Made by a program: the position numbers and the translations under genes
Source of the DNA: Anaeramoeba ignava BMAN
Lineage: Eukaryota; Protista; Anaeramoebae
Length of the DNA stretch: 64,000 nucleotides
Assembly (NCBI GenBank): GCA_028826165.1
Contig: JAPDFW010000075.1
Coordinates: 1-64,000 of the forward strand
Direction of reading: 5' to 3'
Notes under the pieces: model-generated
What the model saw: only the letters and a program-made list of their open reading frames with translations
The model's database searches: none
Told to the model about the DNA's origin: nothing
Part shown: one piece after another, positions 38,101 to 50,786 of the stretch
Layout: each line of letters starts with the position of its first letter
Position numbering within the stretch: the stretch's first letter is position 1

Positions 38101-38219
38101 AACAAGAAAAATTTAATAGTTTTGAATCAGAAACTAATTTGTTAAAAAGATTCTCAACTTTTGCTACTTATTATAATTTGATTCCTGAATCTATTCAAAA
38201 TATAATTAAGATTAATTAA
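35131..38219 (+). CDS. Calponin-homology domain + MOB4/phocein-like domain protein; introns 35198-35895 and 37558-37776
   Basis: CH motif LKDGVVLCHL...NISYFL...DLF. Both phase-1 GT-AG introns preserve frame and give PEDIKQEIWIYENLRQFIIEL...RRLYRSFIYGYFH...FESETNLLKRF. Confidence 0.85.
35200..35812. repeat. Degenerate ~10-bp satellite (AAATATAAAT/AAATATAAAC) inside intron 1 of the CH-MOB4 gene
   Basis: Directly visible. Confidence 0.9.
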
Positions 38220-38490
38220 AATTTGAAAAAGAAATTTGAAATGAAAGCAAAAAAAAAAAACGGAAAAAATTTTTGTTCTTGTTTTTGTTTTTTTTTTTCG
38301 AAATAAATAAAAAAAAAGCAAAAATAATTTGAGAAAAGAATAATTTTTTTTGATCTAAGAAAAAAATAAAAAGCAAAAAAAACAAAACAAAACAAAAAAA
38401 AAAGAGAAAAAATTTTGTTTTCATTTTTCTTTCTTTCATTTTTTTTTGTGTTTTTTTTTTTTAAATTTTCCAAATTTAACTAAATTTAAA

Positions 38491-41400
38491 ATGAATCCAA
38501 ATGATAATGTAAAAAAATAAAATAATTTTCAAAATAATAATTTCTATTTATTTCTAAATTTAAAATTTTAATTTAAAAATTATGAAATAAAAAGATAACT
38601 TGGATTGAATTAATATGTAAAAAAACAAATAGTTCTTATCCTGAAACATTAAGAGGAAAAGAAACATTGATTTCAATTGAAGGTGAATAGAAAAATTTAT
38701 TCAAAATGAGAAATTATATTTAAAAACTTTGAAGGAAAATGAATTCAATTAAATTAATTTTTTGAAAAATTTTTTTAAATAAAAATAAAAGGGAAAAAAT
38801 ATCTTATTCGATCAAATGAAGATTCAATTCCATTTTGTGAGAAAATTGATGGTGAATGTTGGCTTTTTGCAAAGAATTTAAATGTATATGGTGAATTAAT
38901 TAAAGAAGGTTATATTCCTGCTTCTTCTTTTGGTATTTCTGAGTAAGGAAATTTGATACAAACATAAATTAAATTTAGAAATGAAATTAAATTCAGAAAT
39001 GAAATTAAATTCAAAAATGAAATTAAATTCAAAAATGAAATTAAATTCAAAAATGAAATTAAATTCAAAAATGAAATTAAATTCAAAAATGAAATCAAAT
39101 TTAGAAATTAAATTAAATTCAAAAATTAAATTTAGAAATGGAATTAAATTCAGAAATGAAATTAAATTCAAAAATGAAATTAAATTCAAAAATTAAATTT
39201 AGAAATGGAATTAAATTCAAAAATTAAATTAAATTTAGAAATTAAATTAAATTCAAAAATGAAATTAAATTTAAAAATGAAATTAAATTTAAAAATGGAA
39301 TTAAATTCAGAAATGAAATTAAATTCAGAAATGAAATTAAATTCAAAAATGAAATTAAATTCAAAAATTAAATTAAATTTAAAAATGGAATTAAATTCAG
39401 AAATGGAATTAAATTCAAAAATTAAATTCAATTCAAAAATGAAATTAAATTTAGAAATGAAATTAAATTAAGAAATTAAATTAAATTCAAAAATCAAATT
39501 AAATTTAGAAATGAAATTAAATTTAGAAATTAAATTAAATTTAGAAATTAAATCAAATTCAAAAATGGAATTAAATTTAGAAATGAAATTAAATTCAAAA
39601 ATGAAATTAAATTTAGAAATCAAATTAAATTCAAAAATGAAATTAAATTCAAAAATGAAATTAAATTCAAAAATGAAATTAAATTCAAAAATGAAATTAA
39701 ATTCAAAAATTAAATTAAATTCAAAAATGAAATTAAATTCAAAAATGAAATCAAATTTAGAAATCAAATTAAATTCAAAAATGAAATTAAATTCAAAAAT
39801 GAAATTAAATTCAAAAATGAAATTAAATTCAAAAATGAAATTAAATTCAAAAATGAAATTAAATTCAGAAATGGAATTAAATTCAGAAATGAAATTAAAT
39901 TCAAAAATCAAATTAAATTCAAAAATGAAATTAAATTCAAAAATTAAATTAAATTCAAAAATGAAATTAAATTCAAAAATGAAATTAAATTCAAAAATGA
40001 AATTAAATTTAGAAATTAAATTAAATTTAGAAATTAAATTAAATTTAGAAATGAAATTAAATTTAGAAATGAAATTAAATTTAGAAATGGAATTAAATTC
40101 AAAAATTAAATTAAATTTAGAAATTAAATTAAATTCAAAAATGAAATCAAATTCAAAAATTAAATTAAATTTAGAAATGAAATTAAATTCAAAAATGAAA
40201 TTAAATTTAGAAATGAAATTAAATTCAAAAATGGAATTAAATTCAAAAATGGAATTAAATTTAGAAATGAAATTAAATTCAAAAATGGAATTAAATTTAG
40301 AAATTAAATTAAATTTAAAAATGAAATTAAATTTAGAAATTAAATTAAATTTAGAAATGAAATTAAATTCAAAAATTAAATTAAATTCAGAAATGAAATT
40401 AAATTCAAAAATCAAATTAAATTCAAAAATCAAATTAAATTCAAAAATGAAATTAAATTCAAAAATGAAATTAAATTCAAAAATGAAATCAAATTAAGAA
40501 ATGAAATTAAATTTAGAAATGGAATTAAATTCAAAAATGAAATTAAATTCAAAAATGAAATTAAATTTAGAAATGAAATTAAATTCAGAAATTAAATTAA
40601 ATTCAAAAATTAAATTAAATTCAAAAATTAAATTAAATTTAGAAATGGAATTAAATTCAAAAATGAAATTAAATTCAGAAATGAAATTAAATTTAAAAAT
40701 GAAATTAAATTTAGAAATGAAATTAAAATCAAAAATCAAAATTAAAATCAAATTCAAAATCAAATTCAAAATCAAAATCAAAATCAAAATCAAAATCAAA
40801 TTCAAAATTAAAATAAATTTCAAAAATCAAAATTAAAATAAATTTAGAAATGAAATTAAATTCAGAAATGAAATTAAATTCAAAAATCAAATTAAATTCA
40901 AAAATCAAATTAAATTCAAAAATCAAATTAAATTCAAAAATGAAATTAAATTCAAAAATGAAATCAAATTAAGAAATGAAATTAAATTTAGAAATGGAAT
41001 TAAATTCAAAAATGAAATTAAATTCAGAAATGAAATTTAGAAATGGAATTAAATTCAAAAATTAAATTAAATTTATAAAAGGAATTAAATTCAAAAATGA
41101 AATTAAATTCAAAAATTAAATTAAATTCAAAAATGAAATTAAATTCAGAAATGAAATTAAATTCAGAAATGAAATTAAATTTAAAAATGGAATTAAATTT
41201 AGAAATGAAATTAAATTTAGAAATGAAATTAAATTTAGAAATCAAATTCAAAAATTAAATTAAATTCAAAAATTAAATTAAATTTAGAAATGGAATTAAA
41301 TTCAAAAATTAAATTAAATTTAGAAATTAAATTAAATTCAAAAATTAAAATTAAAATCAAAATCAAAATCAAAATTAAAATTAAAATCAAAATCAAAATC

Positions 41401-43482
41401 AAAATTAAAATTAAAATAATTTCAAAAATTAAAATCAAAATTCAAATTCAATTTCAATTTCAAAAATTAAAATCAAAATCAAAAATTAAAATTAAAAAAA
41501 TTAAAAAATTGAAAATTAAATTTAAATTAAAATTTCTTATAAAATAATTTAGAAAGGAAACAACACAAATTATAAAAGTTAGAAAAAATCCACAAGATAG
41601 AAAAATTCCATTAATTTTATTTAAATCAACAACCCAAAAAAATTTAACAAATCCAGAAGATGAAAAAGTTTATTTCCCAAAAGAAATTCCAAATGAAAAA
41701 AATTCTTCTGATGAAAATTTTCCAAATTTTCAATTTCAAAAAATTGAAAGTTTCATCAATTCAGAACAAACAGAAAACTCAGAAAAAATTCAACAATTTA
41801 ACAAGAAAAATGAATCAAGCCAAAATTCAAATTCTGAAACAGAAAATATGAGCAATTATGAATTTCATGAGGAATCACATGATCAATTACATGAAAAAGT
41901 TTTGGAACAAAAAGCAAAAGTTGCAGATTTGAAAAAAAGAATCATGAACACAAGAAATGCAGAAATAATGGAATTACCTCTTTTAACAAAAATAGCAAAA
42001 AAGAACGCAGTTTGCAAAAATTTAATTGATGACAAAAACTCATAAATAAATATGTTGAAAAACCAAGAAAATTCTCAAAACCAAAATCCACTTTTGAAAA
42101 ATACAAAAGATCAAGAAGAAATGCAAAAAAGAATACAAATTCTTTTACAAAAAAAACAATACCAAGAAAAGAAACAAAAAGAAGAAGAATTAGAAAACGA
42201 AAGAAAGGAAAACCAAGAGGAAGAATCAGAATTTGAAAGATTGAGGAAAATTGAAAAAAGAAAGAAAATCGATGCAATTGTCCAACAAAGAATGCGAGAG
42301 AAAAATAAAGAGATGGAAAACAAAAAAAACGAACAAGAATCAAATTATGATCTGCAAGAAGTTACTGAAAGTTTAGATATACAGCGTGTTTGGTCTCAAG
42401 ACTCTTTTAGAAGCAATATTTCGAAACCAAAAAACACGATACAAAACGAGAAAATACAGCAAATTCTTGCAAGAAAAATACAGAAAGAGGAGAAAAATAC
42501 GGAAAAAACACCGAATAAAACAATCGCAATAAATCCGGTAAATTCGGATCCAATTCTCTCAATAATGAAAAAGAAACATAAACAACAAGCAATAAAAGAA
42601 AATATTTTACCGAATTCCGTTTCTAAATTACAAAATCGAGCACAAAGTACAAATTTTTTTTCAGATGAAAGTCCATTTATAGATAAGCAAGACTCTCTTC
42701 TTTTGCGACAAGGTTTGCAGATACTTTACAGAGGCATGAACTCAGAGAGTCTTGTTGTTTATAAAAGCACTCAAATAACAAGGGAGATGATGAGGAGTTT
42801 TTACGAGAAGGAATCATTTCCCGAAGAAATGGTTCGACTTTATATCAACTCGCTCAACAAAAGATTCTTTCAAAGTTCGAATCTCTTTATTTTTGATATC
42901 GACTTCTACCCCAAACTCATCTCAGAAGGACTTAAGTCTGACTTCGTTCTTCAGCAATTCAGCATTCTTGAAGATAAATTGTTCAAACTTGATCAGGCCA
43001 TAATCCCGATCAAGGAAATATCCGTCAATAATCAGTCTTATACGCTCCCAAACAAAACGGAAATAAACTGGTCATTAGCTGTTGTGAATTTTAATCGTCG
43101 AGTAATTGTTCATTTTGATTTGTTCCCAGAATCGGACAAACTAAGAATTCTTCATGATTTAATGAATGTTTTGCAGTTTTTCGCAAATATTTTTGATTCT
43201 CAGATATTTCGCTCTCATGGTGAATGGACATGGTTGACAAGAATGGATTTAGAAAAGAATTATAAATATTTACTTCCTTCAAAAAAATCAACTATTAATA
43301 ATTTAAGTGGAATTTTTATGTTGAATTTTCTTCAAATGGTTTTAAAACCGGATTTTATTAAAAAAAATGGGAAAATTGATATTGGAATTTTAAAAGAACT
43401 GAAACTAAAAGATGATGCAACATTTAGACTTTCAATTATTAATGATTTAATTTCTTTTTATAAAAATCAAGCTTTGAAATGA
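38491..43482 (+). CDS. SH3-like / coiled-coil / Ulp1(C48)-like pseudoprotease; introns 38509-38594, 38683-38791, 38943-41552; in-frame TAA at 42043
   Basis: Three frame-preserving GT-AG introns give WLFAKNL...EGYIPASSF and run into ORF 41848-42045. ORF 42052-43482 is in the same frame and has FDIDFYPKL, IIPI, NWSLAVV, HFD and LSGIF. Confidence 0.7.
38966..41345. repeat. 18-bp satellite (ATGAAATTAAATTCAAAA and variants), ~2.4 kb, intronic
   Basis: Directly visible; source of the MKLNSK/FEFNFI pseudo-ORFs. Confidence 0.95.
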
Positions 43483-43532
43483 AATCCAAAAAAATTCAAA
43501 ACAAAATAAAAAATTTTTTTGAATATTATTTT

Positions 43533-46524
43533 TTATCTTTTAGTTCCATCAATTTCAAATTTTTTTGCTAGTTCAATTAAATCTTTTAATTTTGGATGAA
43601 TCTTATTATCTTTTTCATTGAATCTTTTTGAAATGAAACTATTTAAAGAAACCAAACCATTTCTGAAAATAAGTTTAAATATAGATTTTTCAATAGTGTT
43701 TTTAAACAAAAACTCTTCTTCATAAGGAAGTATTTTCTTATCAAGATAATAAAGCAAACGATTAGCAGTTACCAAAACCTCATTTAAGGTTCCTCTTTTG
43801 ATATTCATTTCCAATAATTTCAAACAAATTTTGCGATTGACTTTTTGATACGATTTCCTGAAAATTGAATTGCTAAAATATAAGAATTTTTTGCAACTCG
43901 GAAATTTTTCAATTTTCTTGCTAAATCTCCAATTAAATCAAAATCGGAATAAGAATATTTTTCAACTTCGCTTTTGATTTTCGTAATTCTTTTTGTTTTC
44001 TCTTCGTTTTTAAGAAAAGTGTTGAAACACTTGAGATCAGAATAGAGATATTGAATCAAAATATCCAACCATTTCTGGTATTCGATTCTGACATAATAGG
44101 GTTTGATTTGCGCTTCAGGAGCACTTCGTAGTTTTAAGATTCTTTTGGTTGATTTTTCTTGATTTAATTTAATATGGTCTTCGCAAAAATGCATTTGATT
44201 CATCAGCAAATTTTTCATTTAAATTTTCATTTGCATTTTCGTTCCAAAAATTTCTTGCAAAAGAATCTTCTGTTGATATTTCTGTTGATATTGAGTAAAT
44301 GTTTTCTTGGTTATCAATCAATGTGTCTTTTCCTTGATTTGATTTCATATTTTGGATATTTTTGAGGTTTTGCATTTTTAAGATTTTGGATTTTTGATAT
44401 TTTTCATATTTTCATGTTTTTCATGTTTTCATGTTTTTGGCTTTTTGGATCATTTTGCTTTCGTTTTCTTCAATAATCTCAATAAGTTCATCTTTTTCTT
44501 TTTGAGTGATTTCGGAAAAATTCTGGAAATTATAATTAATGATTTCTCCAAAAGGAACTCTTTTCTTTTTTTTGTTGCCAACAAGACTTCGTATATTTTT
44601 TTGGAAAACTTCAACACGCGATTCCATCATTCGCTCCCAGCCATATTCATTTGAGAAGTCGATGAGAATTTTGTAAATTTTCTTTTCCAACGGATTTTTA
44701 AGAGATAAACTTGGAAGATCTGAAAATTTTGATTTTGATTTTTCTTTGATTTCTGGGATTTTGCCTGATTTTTTAAGAAAAATAGGATCTTCAAAATTTT
44801 GAGAACAAAGATATTCAAAATTTGCTTTGAATTTGGACGAATTTGGAATTGTTATTCTTGCTGGAGTGGGAAACATTTCATCGAAGCAAATAATTGAGTT
44901 TCGTGAGCAATTGTTGTTTGTTTGAAAAGGAATATTATTGAGATTAACAAGAACACTGTGGAAGTTTTTCTGTCGTAAATGAGCCTTTGCGAGAAGTAAA
45001 TAAGGCTTTGGATAGAAAGGCACAATTGAAGTTAAATGACGTGCTAATTTGACAGCCTTGTTTATTTTGTTTGAAACAAGAAGGGTTTTGATAAGTTGGG
45101 AAATCAACGGAACCGAATTGATTTTTTTTTTGTATTGATTCGTCAAAACCGTTAATGCGCTTTTAGCATCTTTCAGTTTTAGATATGCCTTGCTAATTGG
45201 GATGGCAACTTCTGGCTCTTCATCAAGAAATTGAGTGAAAAATTTGATGAATAAGTTGAACCGATATTGCCCAAAAAGATATCTTTGAACCAATTTAACA
45301 TAAAAATTATATCCATTTGATGGGACTATTCTTGGTTGTGAACATCCGAGTTTTTTTCCTTTCCAAAAAACTGCTTCCGTTAAATTAAACAATTGGTTTT
45401 CATTTTCATAATCAAATTGGTTTTCGACAATATTGACAATCGGAATTTTTTGGAAAGGATTGATATAATGGGAGATGACTTTCCGAAAGAACGAGGATAT
45501 CAGTGTTTCGTCCCAAACTGTTGCTTGTTTGCGATACTTGCGAATTTTTTGGGCTGATTGATTCGCATTGATTCGAGTAACTGTATGCTTGTTTATTCTT
45601 GATTTTTCCAAATTATCTTGTGAATTGTAATTATCATTATTATCAGTAATATGATAATCATCATAATCATAATCATCATCATCGTTTTGACTGATTTTAA
45701 TATTTTTCATCAGAAATACCGAAAAATTATCACTCATTAAGAATTTTTATCATCTTCAAAGTCTTTTCCACTGCTAATTTCAGTTGTACTAAAGCTTTTA
45801 TCATTGGTTTGTTCAAATTTTGAATTTCGGAAATTTCTGTTTCTGAATTTGATATTTTTCTGGTTTTTGAATTTATTTTCATTTGAATTTTTCATTTAAA
45901 TTTTTCATTTGAATTTTTGATTTGAATTTTTCATTTGAATTTTTTCAATTTTTTTTGATTTGAATTTTTCATTTAAATTCTCTTCATAATTCAAATAATC
46001 CTCATCAAAAGTTGATTCATTTAATCCATCGTTTTCTGTTTTCAAGGCATTTGGTTTTTGAACTGAGCTGATAAGACTTGTGATATGGGGTTCAACATCG
46101 ACACAAACACCACCTCTATCAATAAAAAAGAATTGCAATTTATTTGGAAGAGTGAAATGAATATGAAGGTCAATTTTAGAAAAAGTTAAAAAGAATAATA
46201 AGAACACGAAACAATCGACCATTTTTTCTTTAAAAAACGTGCATTTTCTTGAGATTTCAACAATAAATGAAGATATTTCACAATTGATCCAATATTTGAA
46301 GTATCAACTCCAATTACATAATGATAAAATCCAACTACTTTATGTGCTTTTTGATTTGTTTTCGTTTTTTTTTTGTGATTGAATGATTCTGTTTTGATTA
46401 CGTGACAAAGATCAAGTGGTCCAAGTCCTGTTTTGATTAATTTTAATTGGATTTCTCTTGCTAATAATGATTCTCCAAAAATAGCTTCTTCTGCTTCATG
46501 TGTTAAAGAAAGAACGTCTGACAT
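43533..46524 (-). CDS. Second ChAPs-family paralogue, interrupted by at least five frameshifts (pseudogene or assembly error)
   Basis: GLGPLDLCHVIK, GFYHYVIGVD, FSKIDLHI, WDETLISS, YGWERMMESR and WLDILIQYLYSD lie in successive ORFs colinear with 32151-34946. Confidence 0.82.
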
Positions 46525-46899
46525 ATTTTTTTTTTAAAATAAAATAAGATAAAAAATGAAAAAAATGAAAAAAATAAAAAATTAAAATTAAATTTAAAAT
46601 TAAAATTTAAATTAAAATTAAAATTAAAATTAAAATTAAAATTAAAATTAAAATTAAAATGAAAAATTAAAATTAAAATTTAAAATTAAAATTAAAATTA
46701 AAATTAAAATTTAAATTAAAAATTAAAATAAAAAATAAAATTAAAAAAAAGAAGAAAAAAAAAGAAGAAAAAAAAAAAAAAATTCCACTTTTTAAATTAA
46801 GTTATTTATTTTTATTTTTTTTTTAATTTCATTTTTTTCCTTTTTTTTTTTATTTTTTTTATTTAAATTTTTGTTTTGATTTTATTTTTAAATTAATAA

Positions 46900-49800
46900 A
46901 TGAACCAAAAAAGTGAAAAAGCAAAAAATAAACACAAAAAAAACGAAAAACACAATAAAAATAAAGAAAAACATAAAGAAAAAAATAAAGAAAAAAATAA
47001 AGAAAAAACAAAAAACAAAAAGAAACAAGAATATGAAAGAACTAATGAAGAGGAAAATGAAGATATTTTCAAATTTATAAAAAAAATACCAAATTCAAAT
47101 TCAAATTCTGATTCTGATTCAAAATTAAAATCAAATTCAAAATCAAATTCAAAATCAAAATCAAAATCAAATTCAAAATCAAATTCAAAATCAAATCAAA
47201 ATCAAAATCAAAATCAAAATCAAAATAATAATGATACTGATAGTGATAATACAGTTAGTGAAGATGATAATGAAAATCAAAATCAAAATCAAAATCAAAA
47301 TCAAAATCAAAATCAAAATCAAAATCAAAATCAAAATCAAAATCAAAATCAAAATAATAATGATACTGATAGTGATAATACAGTTAGTGAAGATGAAAAT
47401 CAAAATCAAAATCAAAATCAAAATCAAAATCAAAATCAAAATCAAAATCAAAATAATAATGATACTGATAGTGATAATACAGTTAGTGAAGATGAAAATG
47501 AAAATCAAAATCAAAATCAAAATCAAAATCAAAATAATAATAATAATAATGATAATAATAATGATAGTGATAATACAGATACTGAAAATGAAAATGAAAA
47601 TGAAAATGAAAATGAAAATGAAAATGATTCTGAAAATGATTCTGAAAATGAAAATGAAAATGATGATAATGAAGATAAAAATGATTCTGAAAATGAAGAT
47701 GAAAATGATTCTGAAAATGATTCTGATAATGAAAATAATAATGATAATGATAATGAAAATGATTCTGAAAATGAAAATGAAAATGAAAATGAAAATGAAA
47801 ATGAAAATGAAAATGATTCTGAAAATGAAAATGAAAATGAAAATGAAAATGAAAATGATTCTGAAAATGAAGATGAAAATGAAAATGATACTGAAAATGA
47901 TACTGATAGTGATAATACAGATAATGAAGATGAAAATGATTCTGAAAATGATTCTGAAAATGATTCTGAAAATGATTCTGAAAATGATAAAATTCAAATA
48001 GCTTTGCAAAAAAAGAAGCAAAAAAAGAAGCAAAAAAATAAAGATAAAAATAAAGATAAAAATAAAGATAAAAAGAAACAAAGTAAAAGTGATAATGAAG
48101 AGAAAATAGATAATCAAAAACAAAAACAAAAAGGAGATCATAAATCAAACGATCATGATAAAAAACATTCAGGAAAAAAAGATAATAATAAAAATAATCA
48201 AAATCAAAATGAAAATGAAAATCAAAAAGGAGATCATAAAAATAAAGATAAAGATAAAAATAAAAATAAAGATAAAAACAAAAAAAATAAAAGTGATAAT
48301 GAAGAGAAAATAGATAATCAAAAACAAAAACAAAAACAAAAACAAAAAGCAGATCATAAATCAAATGATCTTGATAAAAAACATTCAAGAAAAAAAGATA
48401 ATCAAAATGAAAATGAAAATGAAAATCAAAAAGGAGATCATAAAAATAAGGATAAAAATAAAGATAAAAATAAAAAGAAAGATAAAAACAAAAAAAATAA
48501 AAGTGATAATGAGGAGAAAATAGATAATCAAAAACAAAAACAAAAACAAAAACAAAAAGCAGATCATAAATCAAATGATCTTGATAAAAAACATTCAAGA
48601 AAAAAAGATAATCATAAAAGTAATCAAAATCAAAATGAAAATGAAAATCAAAAAGGAGATCATAAAAATAAGGATAAAGATAAAGATAAAAATAAAAAGA
48701 AAGATAAAAACAAAAAAAATAAAAGTGATAATGAAGAGAAAATAGATAATCAAAAACAAAAACAAAAACAAAAACAAAAAGGAGATCATAAATCAAATGA
48801 TCATGATAAAAAACATTCAGGAAAAAAAGATAACAATAAAAATAATAAAAATCAAAATGAAAATGAAAATCAAAAAGGAGATCATAAAAATAAAGATAAA
48901 GATAAAGATAAAAATAAAAAGAAAGATAAAAACAAAAAAAATAAAAGTGATAATGAAGAGAAAATAGATAATCAAAAACAAAAACAAAAACAAAAACAAA
49001 AAGGAGATCATAAATCAAACGATCATGATAAAAAACATTCAGGAAAAAAAGATAATAATAAAAATAATCAAAATCAAAATGAAAATGGAAATGAAAAAGG
49101 AGATCATAAAAATAAAGATAAAGATAAAAATAAAAATAAAAATAAAGATAAAAACAAAAAAAATAAAAGTGATAATGAAGAGAAAATAGATAATCAAAAA
49201 CAAAAACAAAAACAAAAACAAAAAGCAGATCATAAATCAAACGATCATGATAAAAAACATTCAGGAAAGAGCAATAAAAATAATAAAGATAGATTTGAAA
49301 ATCAAAATCAAAACCAAAAAAAATCAAATGAAAATAAGCAAGAAACAAAGAAATCTCAAAAATTAGAAGAAAATAAACAGGAAAATACAAATCAAATTGC
49401 TCCAAAATTGAAAAAAACAGAACAATTACCAATAGGACAAGAATTTAAAGCAATAAAATTTCTTGGAAAAGGAAGTTTTAGTTATGTTTTTCAAGGAATA
49501 ATTTTGTCTAACAACAAATATTGTGCAATAAAAGCAATAAAATCAAAAAAATTGAGAAAGCATTCAACAAAAGTTTTTCAAGAAATTGAAGTGATGGAAA
49601 AAATAAAGCATAGAAATATTATCAAATTATATTGTGTTGAGCCTAAGGATTATAAAAATGTATATTCAATTTACTTCAAAAACAAAAAACATTTTTCAAA
49701 ATGATTTAAAAATTCAAATTTAAATTAAAAATAAAAAAGTCACAAAATATTTATATGATAATGGAATTTTGTAATATGGGCACTTTAGCGAGCTATTTAG

Positions 49801-50687
49801 AGAAAAACAAAAGAGAAATAACTATCGAAAAAATTAAAGAAATATTTTCACAAATTTGTATTGATTTTTAAATCCAAAAAATTCCAATTCCAAAAATCAA
49901 TGCTTGTATTTTTATATTTTTATATTTTTATAGTTCATGGATTAAATTATTTGTTCAAAAAAAATATGGTTCATCGAGATTTGAAACCAGATAATATTTT
50001 ATTGAAAAGATCATCAAAATCCAAGTTAGGATTTGTTATAAAATTAGGAGATTTTGGATTCGCAAAAAAAATAGCAAGAAAAGAATTTAAAAAGGAAGAT
50101 GTTTTAATGACAATTTGTGGAACTCCTTTATATATGGCACCAGAAGTATATTTAGATATAATTTTATCTTGTTGAAACAAATAAGAAATGATAAAAAATT
50201 TTTCAATTTTCAATTTGAATAGGTTTTGCGCGAAGATTCTTATAATTATAAAGCAGATTTATGGAGTTTGGGAGCAATTTTATATGAAATGATTACTGGT
50301 TATGCTGCTTTTAATGAAGCACCTTCTTCAAAAGCAATTAGAAAAATGCATGAAAAAAATACTGTTAAAGAACTTCCTCAAAAATTAAAAAGTAAAGAAA
50401 GAAAAAAAATTTTTGAGAACTTTTTGAACAAGCAAAAACAAAAACAATTTTATTCTTATTTCTTTTTTAGATGGATGTTCCTCAAGAATGTAAAGAATTG
50501 GTTAAAAGTTTATTAACTGTTGATCCAAATAAAAGAATAACAAGACAAGAAGTTAAAAACCATCCTTTTGTTCTTCCTTATCTAAATGTATTCATTCCAA
50601 AAAAAAATTTAAGAATTTAATTCTTTTTAATATTAATTATCAATTTTTATTTTACTTTAGAAAAAGGATGAAAAAAGAAGAAAATGA
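46900..50687 (+). CDS. Ser/Thr protein kinase (ULK/Atg1- or CAMK-like) with ~840-aa low-complexity N-terminus; about 5 short introns in the kinase domain
   Basis: LGKGSFSYV, AIK, MEFC, HRDLKPDN, DFG, CGTPLYMAPE, ADLWSLG and DPNKRI. Introns start at about 49660, 49858, 50146, 50392 and 50588; the fourth junction is off by one base. Confidence 0.88.
48040..49270 (+). repeat. Coding tandem repeat, 210-222-bp unit (~5.5 copies), within the kinase N-terminus
   Basis: KSDNEEKIDNQKQKQ...DHKSNDHDKKHSGKK recurs six times. Confidence 0.92.
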
Positions 50688-50786
50688 AAATTTAATATGA
50701 ATTAATTTCCCTTTTTTTTTTCAGAAAGAAAACAAAATCAAAAGAAAATTTATTTTTAATTCAATTCCTTTTTGAAATTTTTAAAT

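Noticed and set aside
38896-41547. Long MKLNSK / FEFNFI repeat ORFs
   Set aside because: By-product of an 18-bp satellite inside a predicted intron; the frame breaks repeatedly.
43533-46524. Programmed frameshifting, RNA editing or stop-codon reassignment to explain broken ORFs
   Set aside because: Shifts go in both directions, lack a shared motif, mostly sit in A/T homopolymers and are absent from intact paralogues. TAA and TGA end genes normally. Long-read indel error or decay is simpler, though raw reads are needed.
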